From the NCBI RefSeq assembly GCF_003991155.1, contig NZ_CP031293.1: a DNA stretch of 64,000 nt. One strand, 5' to 3'. Position 1 is the stretch's first letter. The number at the start of each line of letters is the position of its first letter. A model generated the notes under the pieces. It saw only the letters and a list, made by a program, of their open reading frames with translations. It made no database searches and had not been told where the DNA came from. Shown here piece after piece: positions 12,713 to 20,599 of the stretch. This DNA comes from Escherichia coli (GTDB lineage: Bacteria; Pseudomonadota; Gammaproteobacteria; Enterobacterales; Enterobacteriaceae). The translations under genes and the position numbers were made by a program.

Positions 12713-12898
12713 CTACCTGCGCGGCGCTGGCTTCTTCCACTGGTAGGCAGGTGCTCGCATCATTTCGCGGAACCTGTCGCGCCGGGCTATATCGGCATTA
12801 ACTGATCGTTCTATCTCCCGTTGATCTGCCTGTGTAAGCTGGTGGCCTCCGTGCTCAAGTTTGGCGATGGTCAATAAGGCTATTTCGCGTGGTGTCAT
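12713..12898 (-). CDS. hypothetical 61-aa basic protein
   Basis: ORF with GAGGG about 10 nt upstream of the ATG. No homology recognised. Confidence 0.4.
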   Translation of the reverse strand: MTPREIALLTIAKLEHGGHQLTQADQREIERSVNADIARRDRFREMMRAPAYQWKKPAPRR

Positions 12899-13127
12899 AC
12901 GTCATACCCTCTGGAAGGATGAAACACGCCCGGATTAAATTTCATTTTTCGCGGGTATAAAAAAACGATGGGGCGGGCAGTCCCGGATAGTCAGGGCTGT
13001 AGAGATTTGACTACCCCCTCCCCACTGGATTCAGGTTACTGCTATTCCGTTAAGCGCTGCTTACGGGGATAGCTGCGTTGTGATTTTGACCATTCAGGTC
13101 GCCGCTATTTCCTCACCGATTGGGTGC

Positions 13128-13147
13128 TACGCGCGCGCGTACTTGTC
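13128..13147. repeat. GC-palindrome repeat R1 (TACGCGCGCGCGTACTTGTC)
   Basis: First of four related copies (see 14520, 14754, 14807). R1 and R2 align over about 45 bp. Confidence 0.6.
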
Positions 13148-13195
13148 CCGAAATACCAGAAACCGCCAGCCAGAGGATGATTTCCCTCTGGTGGT

Positions 13196-13477
13196 CTACC
13201 TTTGCCTCTTGCCGCCATTTAACCGGAAGGCGTTACCGTTCGGTTGCGCTATCCCCATGCGGTGTTGCGTTTCGGTAACAGCTTTATGCAGGTCGCCAAA
13301 TTCCTCAACCTTCACGGGCGGGCGCTTCACGTTCTCCAGACACGTTTCACGGCGGCGCTTTATCCATTCCCGATCATCGTCCTCGGTGCATAACAGCATG
13401 ACTTCCATCCATCGTGCGGCAGCTCTCCGGTATAGCCCTTTTGACTCCAGCTCTTCAGCTTTCCTGTCCCTTATCAT
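13196..13477 (-). CDS. PerC/Pch-family transcriptional activator-like protein
   Basis: 93 aa. MIRDRKAEELESKGLYRRAAARWMEVML...RRRETCL matches the PerC-family signature (LE-KGL-RRAA-RW) as I recall it. Confidence 0.6.
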   Translation of the reverse strand: MIRDRKAEELESKGLYRRAAARWMEVMLLCTEDDDREWIKRRRETCLENVKRPPVKVEEFGDLHKAVTETQHRMGIAQPNGNAFRLNGGKRQR

Positions 13478-13506
13478 TTCTGCCTCTCAGATTATATAGA
13501 TAAGCA

Positions 13507-13634
13507 AAAAGGTGTTGGTTCAGTTGGTTCAGTTGGTTCAATTTGTAAAGATCGTTGTTTTTATTGTGTTTTTTCTGAAATGTTGAACCAACATCAACTC
13601 ATTTTGAACCAACACAGCCCAGCTCTGAACCAAC
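13507..13634. repeat. iteron-type origin-like element (ori-prime / crr-like)
   Basis: Three contiguous GTTGGTTCA (13514-13540), a 43-bp AT-rich spacer, then three inverted TGAACCAAC at 13584, 13605 and 13626 (21-bp phasing). Confidence 0.7.
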
Positions 13635-13686
13635 AACACAGCGATAGCTTTGTGATTGGTCCGTTATTTTCTGGCTGATATTTGAG

Positions 13687-13717
13687 CGTATAACAGTGTT
13701 ATACAGTGGTATACTGT
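13687..13717. promoter_or_regulatory. two adjacent palindromic operator-like sites upstream of the RHH gene
   Basis: TATAACAgTGTTATA (13687-13701) and ATACAGTggtatACTGTAT (13699-13717). They overlap a TATACT -10-like hexamer. Confidence 0.4.
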
Positions 13718-13736
13718 ATGGATATTACTCACTGAT

Positions 13737-14192
13737 ATGGTCTTTGCAATGAGCAAATCTAATCTGATCGCGTTCCGCATCCCATCTGAATTGCAGGATG
13801 AGTTTAATCGGTCTGTTCTCGCTTCTGGAGGGGATAAAACCTCCTGGCTTGTTGATGCGATTCGCATGAAGCTGGGACAGCCGGAAAAGTCTATTGATTC
13901 ACGAATGCTTGGGCTGGTGGAGCGCATGGAAAAAGCCGCTGCGTCGCTTATTGCCGGAAAGCCGAACATCCCACCAAAGCCATATAACGAAACGGCAGTT
14001 ATAAAGATCATTGCCGATACCATCCAACAGGGATTTGATAATGGGCGTGTGATAGCTGAACGGATCAATGAAGCAGGCTATCAAACAAAAGCTGGTAAAG
14101 CGTGGGATAAAGATATTTACAGCGCGTGGAAGCGTCAGGGAAGCAATGCTGAAAAGTTAAAAGCGGTGATTGATTGTAAGGTCAGCGTATAA
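13737..14192 (+). CDS. ribbon-helix-helix (Arc/Mnt/CopG-like) DNA-binding protein with an extra C-terminal domain
   Basis: N-terminus SNLIAFRIPSELQDEFNRSVLASGGDKTSWLVDAIRMKL fits the RHH strand-helix-helix pattern. The alternative start is 13749. The remaining ~100 aa are unassigned. Confidence 0.55.
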   Translation: MVFAMSKSNLIAFRIPSELQDEFNRSVLASGGDKTSWLVDAIRMKLGQPEKSIDSRMLGLVERMEKAAASLIAGKPNIPPKPYNETAVIKIIADTIQQGFDNGRVIAERINEAGYQTKAGKAWDKDIYSAWKRQGSNAEKLKAVIDCKVSV

Positions 14193-14271
14193 ACATGAGT
14201 GCCCATTGGAAAGCTGCTTGGGCCAATACCTTTATACACCAGCAGGTGGTGACGATAGGTGAGGATTAGGC

Positions 14272-14493
14272 ATGAAAGGCAGAACGCCACACATTGAACA
14301 TCAAGCCAACCACTTCTCGGATGTTCGCAATGAGATGATTGCCATTCGCGGTGATATGCACGGCTTGGAGCGTCGAATTATTGATAAGATTGATGAAAAT
14401 AGAGATAAGGCCAGTGAAAATCAAAAGTGGATCATCGGCCTGTTGATTTTATCAATTCTTATCCCGCTACTTATCGCATTGGTCACAAAATGA
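14272..14493 (+). CDS. 73-aa protein with coiled-coil N-terminus and a single C-terminal TM helix
   Basis: GAGG RBS 9 nt upstream. The C-terminus is WIIGLLILSILIPLLIALVTK. The architecture resembles XhlA/holin-like small membrane proteins (inference only). Confidence 0.5.
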   Translation: MKGRTPHIEHQANHFSDVRNEMIAIRGDMHGLERRIIDKIDENRDKASENQKWIIGLLILSILIPLLIALVTK

Positions 14494-14519
14494 ATATCCA
14501 ATGTGTATGCTGTCGATGC

Positions 14520-14537
14520 TACGCGCGCGTACTTGTC
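14520..14537. repeat. GC-palindrome repeat R2 (TACGCGCGCGTACTTGTC)
   Basis: See R1. Located 27 nt after the stop of the 73-aa gene. Confidence 0.6.
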
Positions 14538-14753
14538 GCAAAATATCAGGCAAAGGCCAGATTCAGAAATTCGTGATAACCACCAGCACAACATGAGAGG
14601 TCATGTAACGCGATTTATCACACCAGATACATGTGATTGGTGTACCCGCATAAAACATCGTCATAGCGCGTCCTGTGCGCATATACGCCGATAATCAACA
14701 CATCACCACCACTCTGTCTCATGTAGAGAACAGTTTTATGGTACTCCCCTCCA

Positions 14754-14770
14754 TCGTGCGCGTACTGGTC
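14754..14770. repeat. GC-palindrome repeat R3 (TCGTGCGCGTACTGGTC)
   Basis: Degenerate copy, same orientation as R1, R2 and R4. Confidence 0.5.
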
Positions 14771-14776
14771 GGACGT

Positions 14777-14798
14777 AGTTGCAAAATTTTTTGCAACT
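14777..14798. repeat. inverted repeat AGTTGCAA-N6-TTGCAACT between R3 and R4
   Basis: 8-bp perfect arms read directly from the sequence. Confidence 0.5.
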
Positions 14799-14806
14799 GA
14801 TACCCC

Positions 14807-14823
14807 TCGCGCGCGTACTGGTC
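14807..14823. repeat. GC-palindrome repeat R4 (TCGCGCGCGTACTGGTC)
   Basis: See R1. Confidence 0.55.
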
Positions 14824-15036
14824 ACGAAATTGGTGTTTTGCTGTGGCAGTGATATCAGAAAAATCTTCCTGTTTCACATAAAGCGGATATGCGCGTAATG
14901 TAACGGCCCCATCAACTGGGAGCGGATTTGAGCCCGAATGTGTAGGCAATGTCACTTAACGTTTGTCGCATACCTTCCAGAAAAAGCGATTCATGAATAA
15001 TAGGGGCATGAATGCCCGGCGTACCGGGCTTATTAG

Positions 15037-15735
15037 TTAATTTGGTGCTTTAGGGTCAACATTAAAAGTTATATCACCTTCTGTATTTTTCCCGGCATAG
15101 CTAGCGGCTATTCTCGCCAACCCTTTGTAATCAGCAATTCCATCAGACTGTTGCGAGACGACTGAGCTACCAACTTTCCATAACATATTAATCTGCCGAT
15201 TATTGAGATAAGCCTTGGCATCAAACGACTGGAGTATCACCCCTGCGCCGTAGAACGTGTCCGTCACAGTTGTGTTATACGCGCCAGTAATTCCATAAGT
15301 AGGCGTATAAACTGTTGTTGCCGTTCCAGTGGTATTAGCTGTACCGTAGCCACCACCATAACTATTGAACGTGGTGTTCGAGTTTCCGTACGTTGTTGCT
15401 GAGCTCACACCAGTTTGCCCGTATATTGGGATGGTTACATTACGAGTATTTGAAATGGCCCCGCTTCTCAAAAAGTTCAAGAGAATTACCTGGTCAGCCA
15501 ATTTTTCATCTTTAACTTGTGTATATCCTTGGCTTGATAAACTGGCGGCTACTACCGTAGCTATTTGAGTGTATTCAATCTGTTTGGTGTTCCAAAGTTC
15601 TTGGCTTGCGGGGATGATCAAGAACTTCTTACCGACAGATTGCCCGGAAGATAAAGCATTGACCGTTACTAACGGTTTTTGTACGCATCCAGCCAATAAT
15701 GACAGGGATAATATTAAAAGAAGATTTTTAATCAT
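15037..15735 (-). CDS. lipoprotein (moron-like)
   Basis: 232 aa. Signal peptide with lipobox MIKNLLLILSLSLLAGC. The central region is Thr/Gly/Tyr/Asn-rich. AGGTGAG RBS. It has its own 150-bp upstream spacer after the 908-aa gene. Confidence 0.75.
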   Translation of the reverse strand: MIKNLLLILSLSLLAGCVQKPLVTVNALSSGQSVGKKFLIIPASQELWNTKQIEYTQIATVVAASLSSQGYTQVKDEKLADQVILLNFLRSGAISNTRNVTIPIYGQTGVSSATTYGNSNTTFNSYGGGYGTANTTGTATTVYTPTYGITGAYNTTVTDTFYGAGVILQSFDAKAYLNNRQINMLWKVGSSVVSQQSDGIADYKGLARIAASYAGKNTEGDITFNVDPKAPN

Positions 15736-15885
15736 GATAATCTCACCTAAGAATTGCGTGGTTATAAATTATCATCACTGTAAGCGAATGTAAGCCACAG
15801 GCTCGTAATGTGATATGGAATTTTGATAGTTGGCTCAATATCAGTATGCCGTCCTTGGCTATTATGGTTTTGTTAGTTAGAGCGT

Positions 15886-18612
15886 CTATTCCCATTCGCT
15901 AACATCTTTCATGCCACTGAGGGTAGCTACAATCCCGGCCCTTGTCAGTTTCACGAATTCTTCAGCCCCAACGGCATCACGAATTGCTTTCATGGCAATT
16001 TTATTGGCCGAAAATCGTTTCTCTGCTGCGGCGATCGCTGCTGGTGATGCCCCTGCGCGCACTGCTTTTGTAGCTTCCTGAACGGCTTTCTCTATCGCAT
16101 ATCGACCACTTCTTGTCGCCCCAATCTTAGCCACAGCATTTCTTAGCGCGCCACCAGCAACCAAACCACTAATCGAACCAATTACACCACCGCCAAAGCC
16201 TCCAGCGATCGCACCTGACTGTTGAACTCCGTTCATAATCACGCCGACGATCTTTGGAAGGCCTGAATCGAGCGTTTTGAGAGCCTCAGTTGTTCTTCCC
16301 GTGCGCTCTACGTATCGCTGCGGTCTGGTACTGGCTTTAGCGAGTACACCGAACTCTTTCATCATTCTACCGAGATCTGGCGCATGACGACTGATGGCGT
16401 TTACATTCTGCTGGGTCATGAGCTTGGCAAAATACTGGATACCTGACTCTTCACCGATTCCTCCCTTCTCTCCCTGCGCCACAGCATGCTGAAGAATAGA
16501 TGCTATTGCAGGTTGGCGTTCTGCTTCCGGCAGCGCGGAGATAAGACGGTGAAAAGCTCCCGTTCCAGTGTTTGCGGATGCCTTAAGCGTATCGGCACCT
16601 TTTCTTACCATAGCGTCTGATGCGAGATCTCGACCAAAAACAGATTCGGCATTTTGTTTGGCGATAATGTAACTTTTAGAGAGATCGTTAGCTTTCTGCC
16701 ATTCTGTGAGGAAGTTTCCTTTTTCAGCCATGATGCGCATGTCATCAGTGATAGCTCTGCGCATTTCTCCGGCAATCCGGGCGGCATTGGCCTTACCTGC
16801 CCGGGTGTTTGCTTGTTCAGCATCAGCAAACTTAGCACGCCATGCCTTCATCCCGTCGAAGGTTATGCCGCCACCTTGGTTGTTGGCAGCCTGAAACTGT
16901 TTCATCTCCGGGCTGAGTGGAACATTGGCTGCTTTTTCTGCTTGGACGACAGCCATCCCATTACTCATTTTCATCCTTTCGCGTGGCATCGTGCTTCGCA
17001 GTTCTGCCCATGCCATATTCTCTGCTGTTTTCATATCACTGAGGCTCGCGATGATGCGCTCTTTAATTGCTGCGCTTTTTTCTGATGCGCTTCCAGACTC
17101 AGCACCGAAATCAGACAACTGCTTATTCAACTTTGAGGATATTTCATTGAAGGCCGTAAGGTGAGCATCCTGAACATTCCCAGGAGTTGATGCCAGAACA
17201 CCTTCTGCTTGGGCAATTCCACGACTACCTGAGCGCATTCCAGGCGTCAGGGTGTTGATATTAATACCAGTGATTTTCGCCGCCTTAGCGACATCATCTC
17301 TGACGTTTGATGCCTGCGATGCGATATGCTCTCGGCCTACGGCAGAACGCGCTGCTTTCGATACATCATTGGCGGTTTCCAGAGTATTTGCTGCCCCTAA
17401 CACATGGCCTGATTGATTTGTATTACTCCGCAATACATCTCGCATTACGTCACTGGCTGTCTGTCCGCTCTTTATTAAAGCGCGTGCTCCTAGCGATCCT
17501 GCTAGGCCAATACCTGTCTCTTTTGCTAGGTCTTCTGGGCTGATCTGCCCGTTCTTTTGGGCGTTCACCAATGTACCTGGCAGGTTTTCTGCCAACATAC
17601 TAGCCACCTTTGTGGCCGCACGTTCAGCACGTGGAGCGTTGGCAACTGAAGAAGCTGCGGTAGCTGCCTTTCCTGCACCTAATCCTGTAATAAGGTAAGG
17701 TGCTAGCTGCTCACCAGCCTGCGCGTATGGATCTGTAGGTTGGTCTACTGGGCGAAAGACAGGTGATATGGGCGTGTATGTGCCATCACCCACACCAAGC
17801 TTCTGAGCTGCCCATGCTCCGGCTGATTGCGCCGCATTGACTACCCCCACGCCTGCGTCCATTACATCAAACGGTATATTAGCAATCCCTCTGGCCATCT
17901 GCTCTGGCGCAGCTTTCAGTCCTGGCGAAAGATATTCCATCTCAGGATTAAGGTTAGACTTGGCTACTTGCTGCTGCGGTTCCCCGGCATTTTCATCGGC
18001 GAGAAACTGAGCTCTTTTCTGCTCCCATGAACTGGCTGTTGGTAGTCCTGCTTCTATGTTCTTAAATTGCTGACGTTTTGCTTCCCATGCAGAAATATCT
18101 CCCACCTGAGAGATTTCTTTATCAAGCTCTGAGTAGTCAGGCTGCTGAAGATTGCGATGTTGACTGGTTTGTGCAAACTGCAAGATTTCACTGTCATCAG
18201 GGATTATTCCGGCATCTGCAAATTTACTTACGTAATTAGCCGTTTCATCTGGCAGTGTAGATTTACCGTTTCTGACGGCATTAATACGAGCATAGCCAGA
18301 ATTATACCCAGCCAATGCCATACCTATATCACCAAATCGCTTCATTCCTTTATTGAGATGGTTTGCTGCGATATCCATTTGCTTTTCAAATGGCAGTGAG
18401 CGCGGATCTGTTCCACGATAACCAGCATCACTCATTACTGAGGGCATCAGTTGAGCAAATCCTCTAGCTCCTTTCGGTGACTCGGCACTTCCGTTACCAC
18501 TAGATTCATTGCCAACTAATGTTTCCATCGTCCCTGATGGGAAACCATATTTTTCATCGAGATGACGGGAATAGGCTTTCTGTTTTTCTGTCAGTTGTGC
18601 CATCATTGCCAT
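15886..18612 (-). CDS. 908-aa protein with N-terminal soluble lytic transglycosylase domain (ejection / internal virion protein-like)
   Basis: SLT motifs near the N-terminus: NESSGN...GARGFAQLMPSV...ALAGYNSGYARI. The remainder is Ala-rich and helical with a Gly-rich hydrophobic segment near the C-terminus. The start overlaps the upstream ORF by 10 nt. Confidence 0.75.
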   Translation of the reverse strand: MAMMAQLTEKQKAYSRHLDEKYGFPSGTMETLVGNESSGNGSAESPKGARGFAQLMPSVMSDAGYRGTDPRSLPFEKQMDIAANHLNKGMKRFGDIGMALAGYNSGYARINAVRNGKSTLPDETANYVSKFADAGIIPDDSEILQFAQTSQHRNLQQPDYSELDKEISQVGDISAWEAKRQQFKNIEAGLPTASSWEQKRAQFLADENAGEPQQQVAKSNLNPEMEYLSPGLKAAPEQMARGIANIPFDVMDAGVGVVNAAQSAGAWAAQKLGVGDGTYTPISPVFRPVDQPTDPYAQAGEQLAPYLITGLGAGKAATAASSVANAPRAERAATKVASMLAENLPGTLVNAQKNGQISPEDLAKETGIGLAGSLGARALIKSGQTASDVMRDVLRSNTNQSGHVLGAANTLETANDVSKAARSAVGREHIASQASNVRDDVAKAAKITGININTLTPGMRSGSRGIAQAEGVLASTPGNVQDAHLTAFNEISSKLNKQLSDFGAESGSASEKSAAIKERIIASLSDMKTAENMAWAELRSTMPRERMKMSNGMAVVQAEKAANVPLSPEMKQFQAANNQGGGITFDGMKAWRAKFADAEQANTRAGKANAARIAGEMRRAITDDMRIMAEKGNFLTEWQKANDLSKSYIIAKQNAESVFGRDLASDAMVRKGADTLKASANTGTGAFHRLISALPEAERQPAIASILQHAVAQGEKGGIGEESGIQYFAKLMTQQNVNAISRHAPDLGRMMKEFGVLAKASTRPQRYVERTGRTTEALKTLDSGLPKIVGVIMNGVQQSGAIAGGFGGGVIGSISGLVAGGALRNAVAKIGATRSGRYAIEKAVQEATKAVRAGASPAAIAAAEKRFSANKIAMKAIRDAVGAEEFVKLTRAGIVATLSGMKDVSEWE

Positions 18613-19922
18613 CCCTTAAGTTTTGCCTGATAGTAACTTTCCGGCAGATAGCCATGTGCGGTCACATAATCCTTAACCAGTGAAGGATCCTGCAACAGCA
18701 TTTTGGTATCAGTTTCTTCGTCCTTAGATTTGGTTACAGGAATACCGAGCCCGGCAATCTGTCGTTTCTGCATTCGAATAATTACGTCCTGCGCTTTATT
18801 CAACTCTCGCAAAAATGCCTCATTGCTGGTTGCTGACTTAATGCCATTTTGAGATTGCATAAGGGCAGCCCTTTCCCCTTCGGTTGGGTTAGAGCCAAAA
18901 GTCCCTTTGAGGCTAGGCAGAATAACCTTTAGGTTGTATTCATCAGCTTTGGCGCGTAGGCTTCGTGTGTCTTCTGCTACATCAGGAAGGAATCCAAACC
19001 CCAGCGTCAGGGGGTTATAGTTCTGCGAGCGGGTAACGGCCGAAGGATGTTTCCCTACAATTCCCGCCAGTTCATGACCCACTTCAAGCGCAGAGTTCAA
19101 GGAGTCGATGTTACCTACAACAGTATTAATTTTATCGTTCATCTTCTCCACTTTCGCCTGCTGTACCTTGCTCAGTTCAGCATTGAGCTTGTCTCTCTCG
19201 ATGTCATTTTGAGCACGTCCAAGTCGTGCTTTCAGAACCATTTCTCTCGTGCGTAGTTGGTTATCGGATAGGACTTTGAACTGCTCCATATCGAGACGTC
19301 GATTACCCTGTTCCGCATTAACCTGAGCATTATATGCGGATGTATCTGCGTTCTGCTGTGCAATGCTCTGCCCTTGCTGCTTCTCTTGAACACTAAAGTA
19401 ACTATTTGGATCAGCATGGAGGTGGATGAGGTCAGTGATTCTGTTGAATTCCTGTGGGTCATTCTGCCAAGACTGATAAACCTCTTCAGCAGGAAGACCA
19501 AATCGCTGTAATACTGGATTTGCCTGCTGAATGGCCTTCTGCATGGTCAGTGGATCTCCAGTTTGTGACGCAAGACGCAGATTCATGGCAGCGTCAGCGG
19601 TCTGTCGATTTTGCTCAGCATCAATGAATCCCATCTGTTTTTGAGAATCAGCCATAAACTGGGGATACTGGGCCATTAACTTCTGCACGCCAACACGATC
19701 ATTATTAGCTACCGCACTACCCAACCGTGCCTGATATTCTTTTAACTGCTGGGAAATTTGCGCCTGCTGATTAATCTCAGCAACGCCTCTTAGCCCCTGT
19801 AGCGCCATTAAACCTACGTTTGGCTGCTGCTGATACTGCACAGGCTGAGGAACGGAAGAACGAGGAGCATTATCATTTTGCGGTGCCATGCTAGGCAGCC
19901 CGCCAAGTTGCCATGTCGCCAT
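18603..19922 (-). CDS. 439-aa Gln-rich coiled-coil protein (ejection protein-like, P22 gp20-sized)
   Basis: Long uninterrupted ORF. Its start overlaps the upstream stop by 1 nt. Composition and position inside the cassette are the only evidence. Confidence 0.6.
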   Translation of the reverse strand: MATWQLGGLPSMAPQNDNAPRSSVPQPVQYQQQPNVGLMALQGLRGVAEINQQAQISQQLKEYQARLGSAVANNDRVGVQKLMAQYPQFMADSQKQMGFIDAEQNRQTADAAMNLRLASQTGDPLTMQKAIQQANPVLQRFGLPAEEVYQSWQNDPQEFNRITDLIHLHADPNSYFSVQEKQQGQSIAQQNADTSAYNAQVNAEQGNRRLDMEQFKVLSDNQLRTREMVLKARLGRAQNDIERDKLNAELSKVQQAKVEKMNDKINTVVGNIDSLNSALEVGHELAGIVGKHPSAVTRSQNYNPLTLGFGFLPDVAEDTRSLRAKADEYNLKVILPSLKGTFGSNPTEGERAALMQSQNGIKSATSNEAFLRELNKAQDVIIRMQKRQIAGLGIPVTKSKDEETDTKMLLQDPSLVKDYVTAHGYLPESYYQAKLKGWQ

Positions 19923-20599
19923 TAGAATCCAAGCCCCCCAACAAGACCAATAAGCCCACCACCAATAGCGCCGGCCGCAGTTCCTATTCCAGGAACAACG
20001 GAACCAAGTTGCGCACCCGCTAAAGCGCCTGATGCTGCCCCACCAATACCACGCGCAAGACTGGATGGCTGCTGCGCCTGACCTGCACGAATAGCGCCAA
20101 GCCCCTGCAAGAGTTGTCCGGTATTATTGGCGTAGTTTTGCCCTGCCGTTGCCTGCCCTGATGCCGCATTCATCCCGACATTTAGCAGGTTTCCATAATT
20201 TTGCATTTGCCCACTAAGCCAATTGTTATAAAGCATGGGCGCAATGGAAGATAACTGGTTACTGGTAGCTGTTGAGCCAAGCCCCCCGGTAGCTTCTGCT
20301 GAGACAAGGTTCTGATAACGGGCCTGATCTGCCTGTGTTTTATATAAACCAGAACCAAAGAAATCATTCGCGGCTTTATTCTGCCCTTCCAGAGTCATCA
20401 GTCCTTGCAGTTGTTGTAAAGCAGGCAATCCGACTTCTGCATACGGCTTGAGATTATTCATCACCGTATTCCACTGCTCGCGCTGCAAATCAATTGCCTG
20501 CTGCTGGGCCTTCGCCTGAGCTTTAGAGGCACCACCATCACCGCCTTTTTCGTATACGGCACGATTGAGATGTTTATGAGCTATATGGGTAATTAACAT
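19922..20599 (-). CDS. 225-aa Gly/Ala/Gln-rich protein with hydrophobic Gly-zipper C-terminus (ejection protein-like, P22 gp7-sized)
   Basis: ATGTTAA start/stop overlap with the upstream ORF. C-terminus is GSVVPGIGTAAGAIGGGLIGLVGGLGF. Confidence 0.55.
   Translation of the reverse strand: MLITHIAHKHLNRAVYEKGGDGGASKAQAKAQQQAIDLQREQWNTVMNNLKPYAEVGLPALQQLQGLMTLEGQNKAANDFFGSGLYKTQADQARYQNLVSAEATGGLGSTATSNQLSSIAPMLYNNWLSGQMQNYGNLLNVGMNAASGQATAGQNYANNTGQLLQGLGAIRAGQAQQPSSLARGIGGAASGALAGAQLGSVVPGIGTAAGAIGGGLIGLVGGLGF

Noticed and set aside
13080-13499. 139-aa plus-strand ORF
   Set aside because: It is antisense to the well-supported PerC-like gene and runs across repeat R1. It has no RBS and a low-complexity Ser/Arg-rich product.
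13514-13540. Tandem 9-bp repeats (also at 21766-21792) as a possible CRISPR or minisatellite
   Set aside because: The units are contiguous with no spacers, only three copies long, paired with inverted copies across an AT-rich spacer, and adjacent to a primase-helicase. That is iteron-origin architecture, not CRISPR.
13699-13717. ATACAGTggtatACTGTAT as a LexA box
   Set aside because: The half-sites are in the wrong order (ACAG...CTGT instead of CTG-N10-CAG). It is more likely the operator of the adjacent RHH protein.
14503-14955. 63-aa (+) and 78-aa (-) ORFs in the spacer between the TM gene and the lipoprotein gene
   Set aside because: Both are built largely from the R2/R3/R4 repeats and the AGTTGCAA inverted repeat. 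They have non-ATG or RBS-less starts. The region is treated as non-coding.
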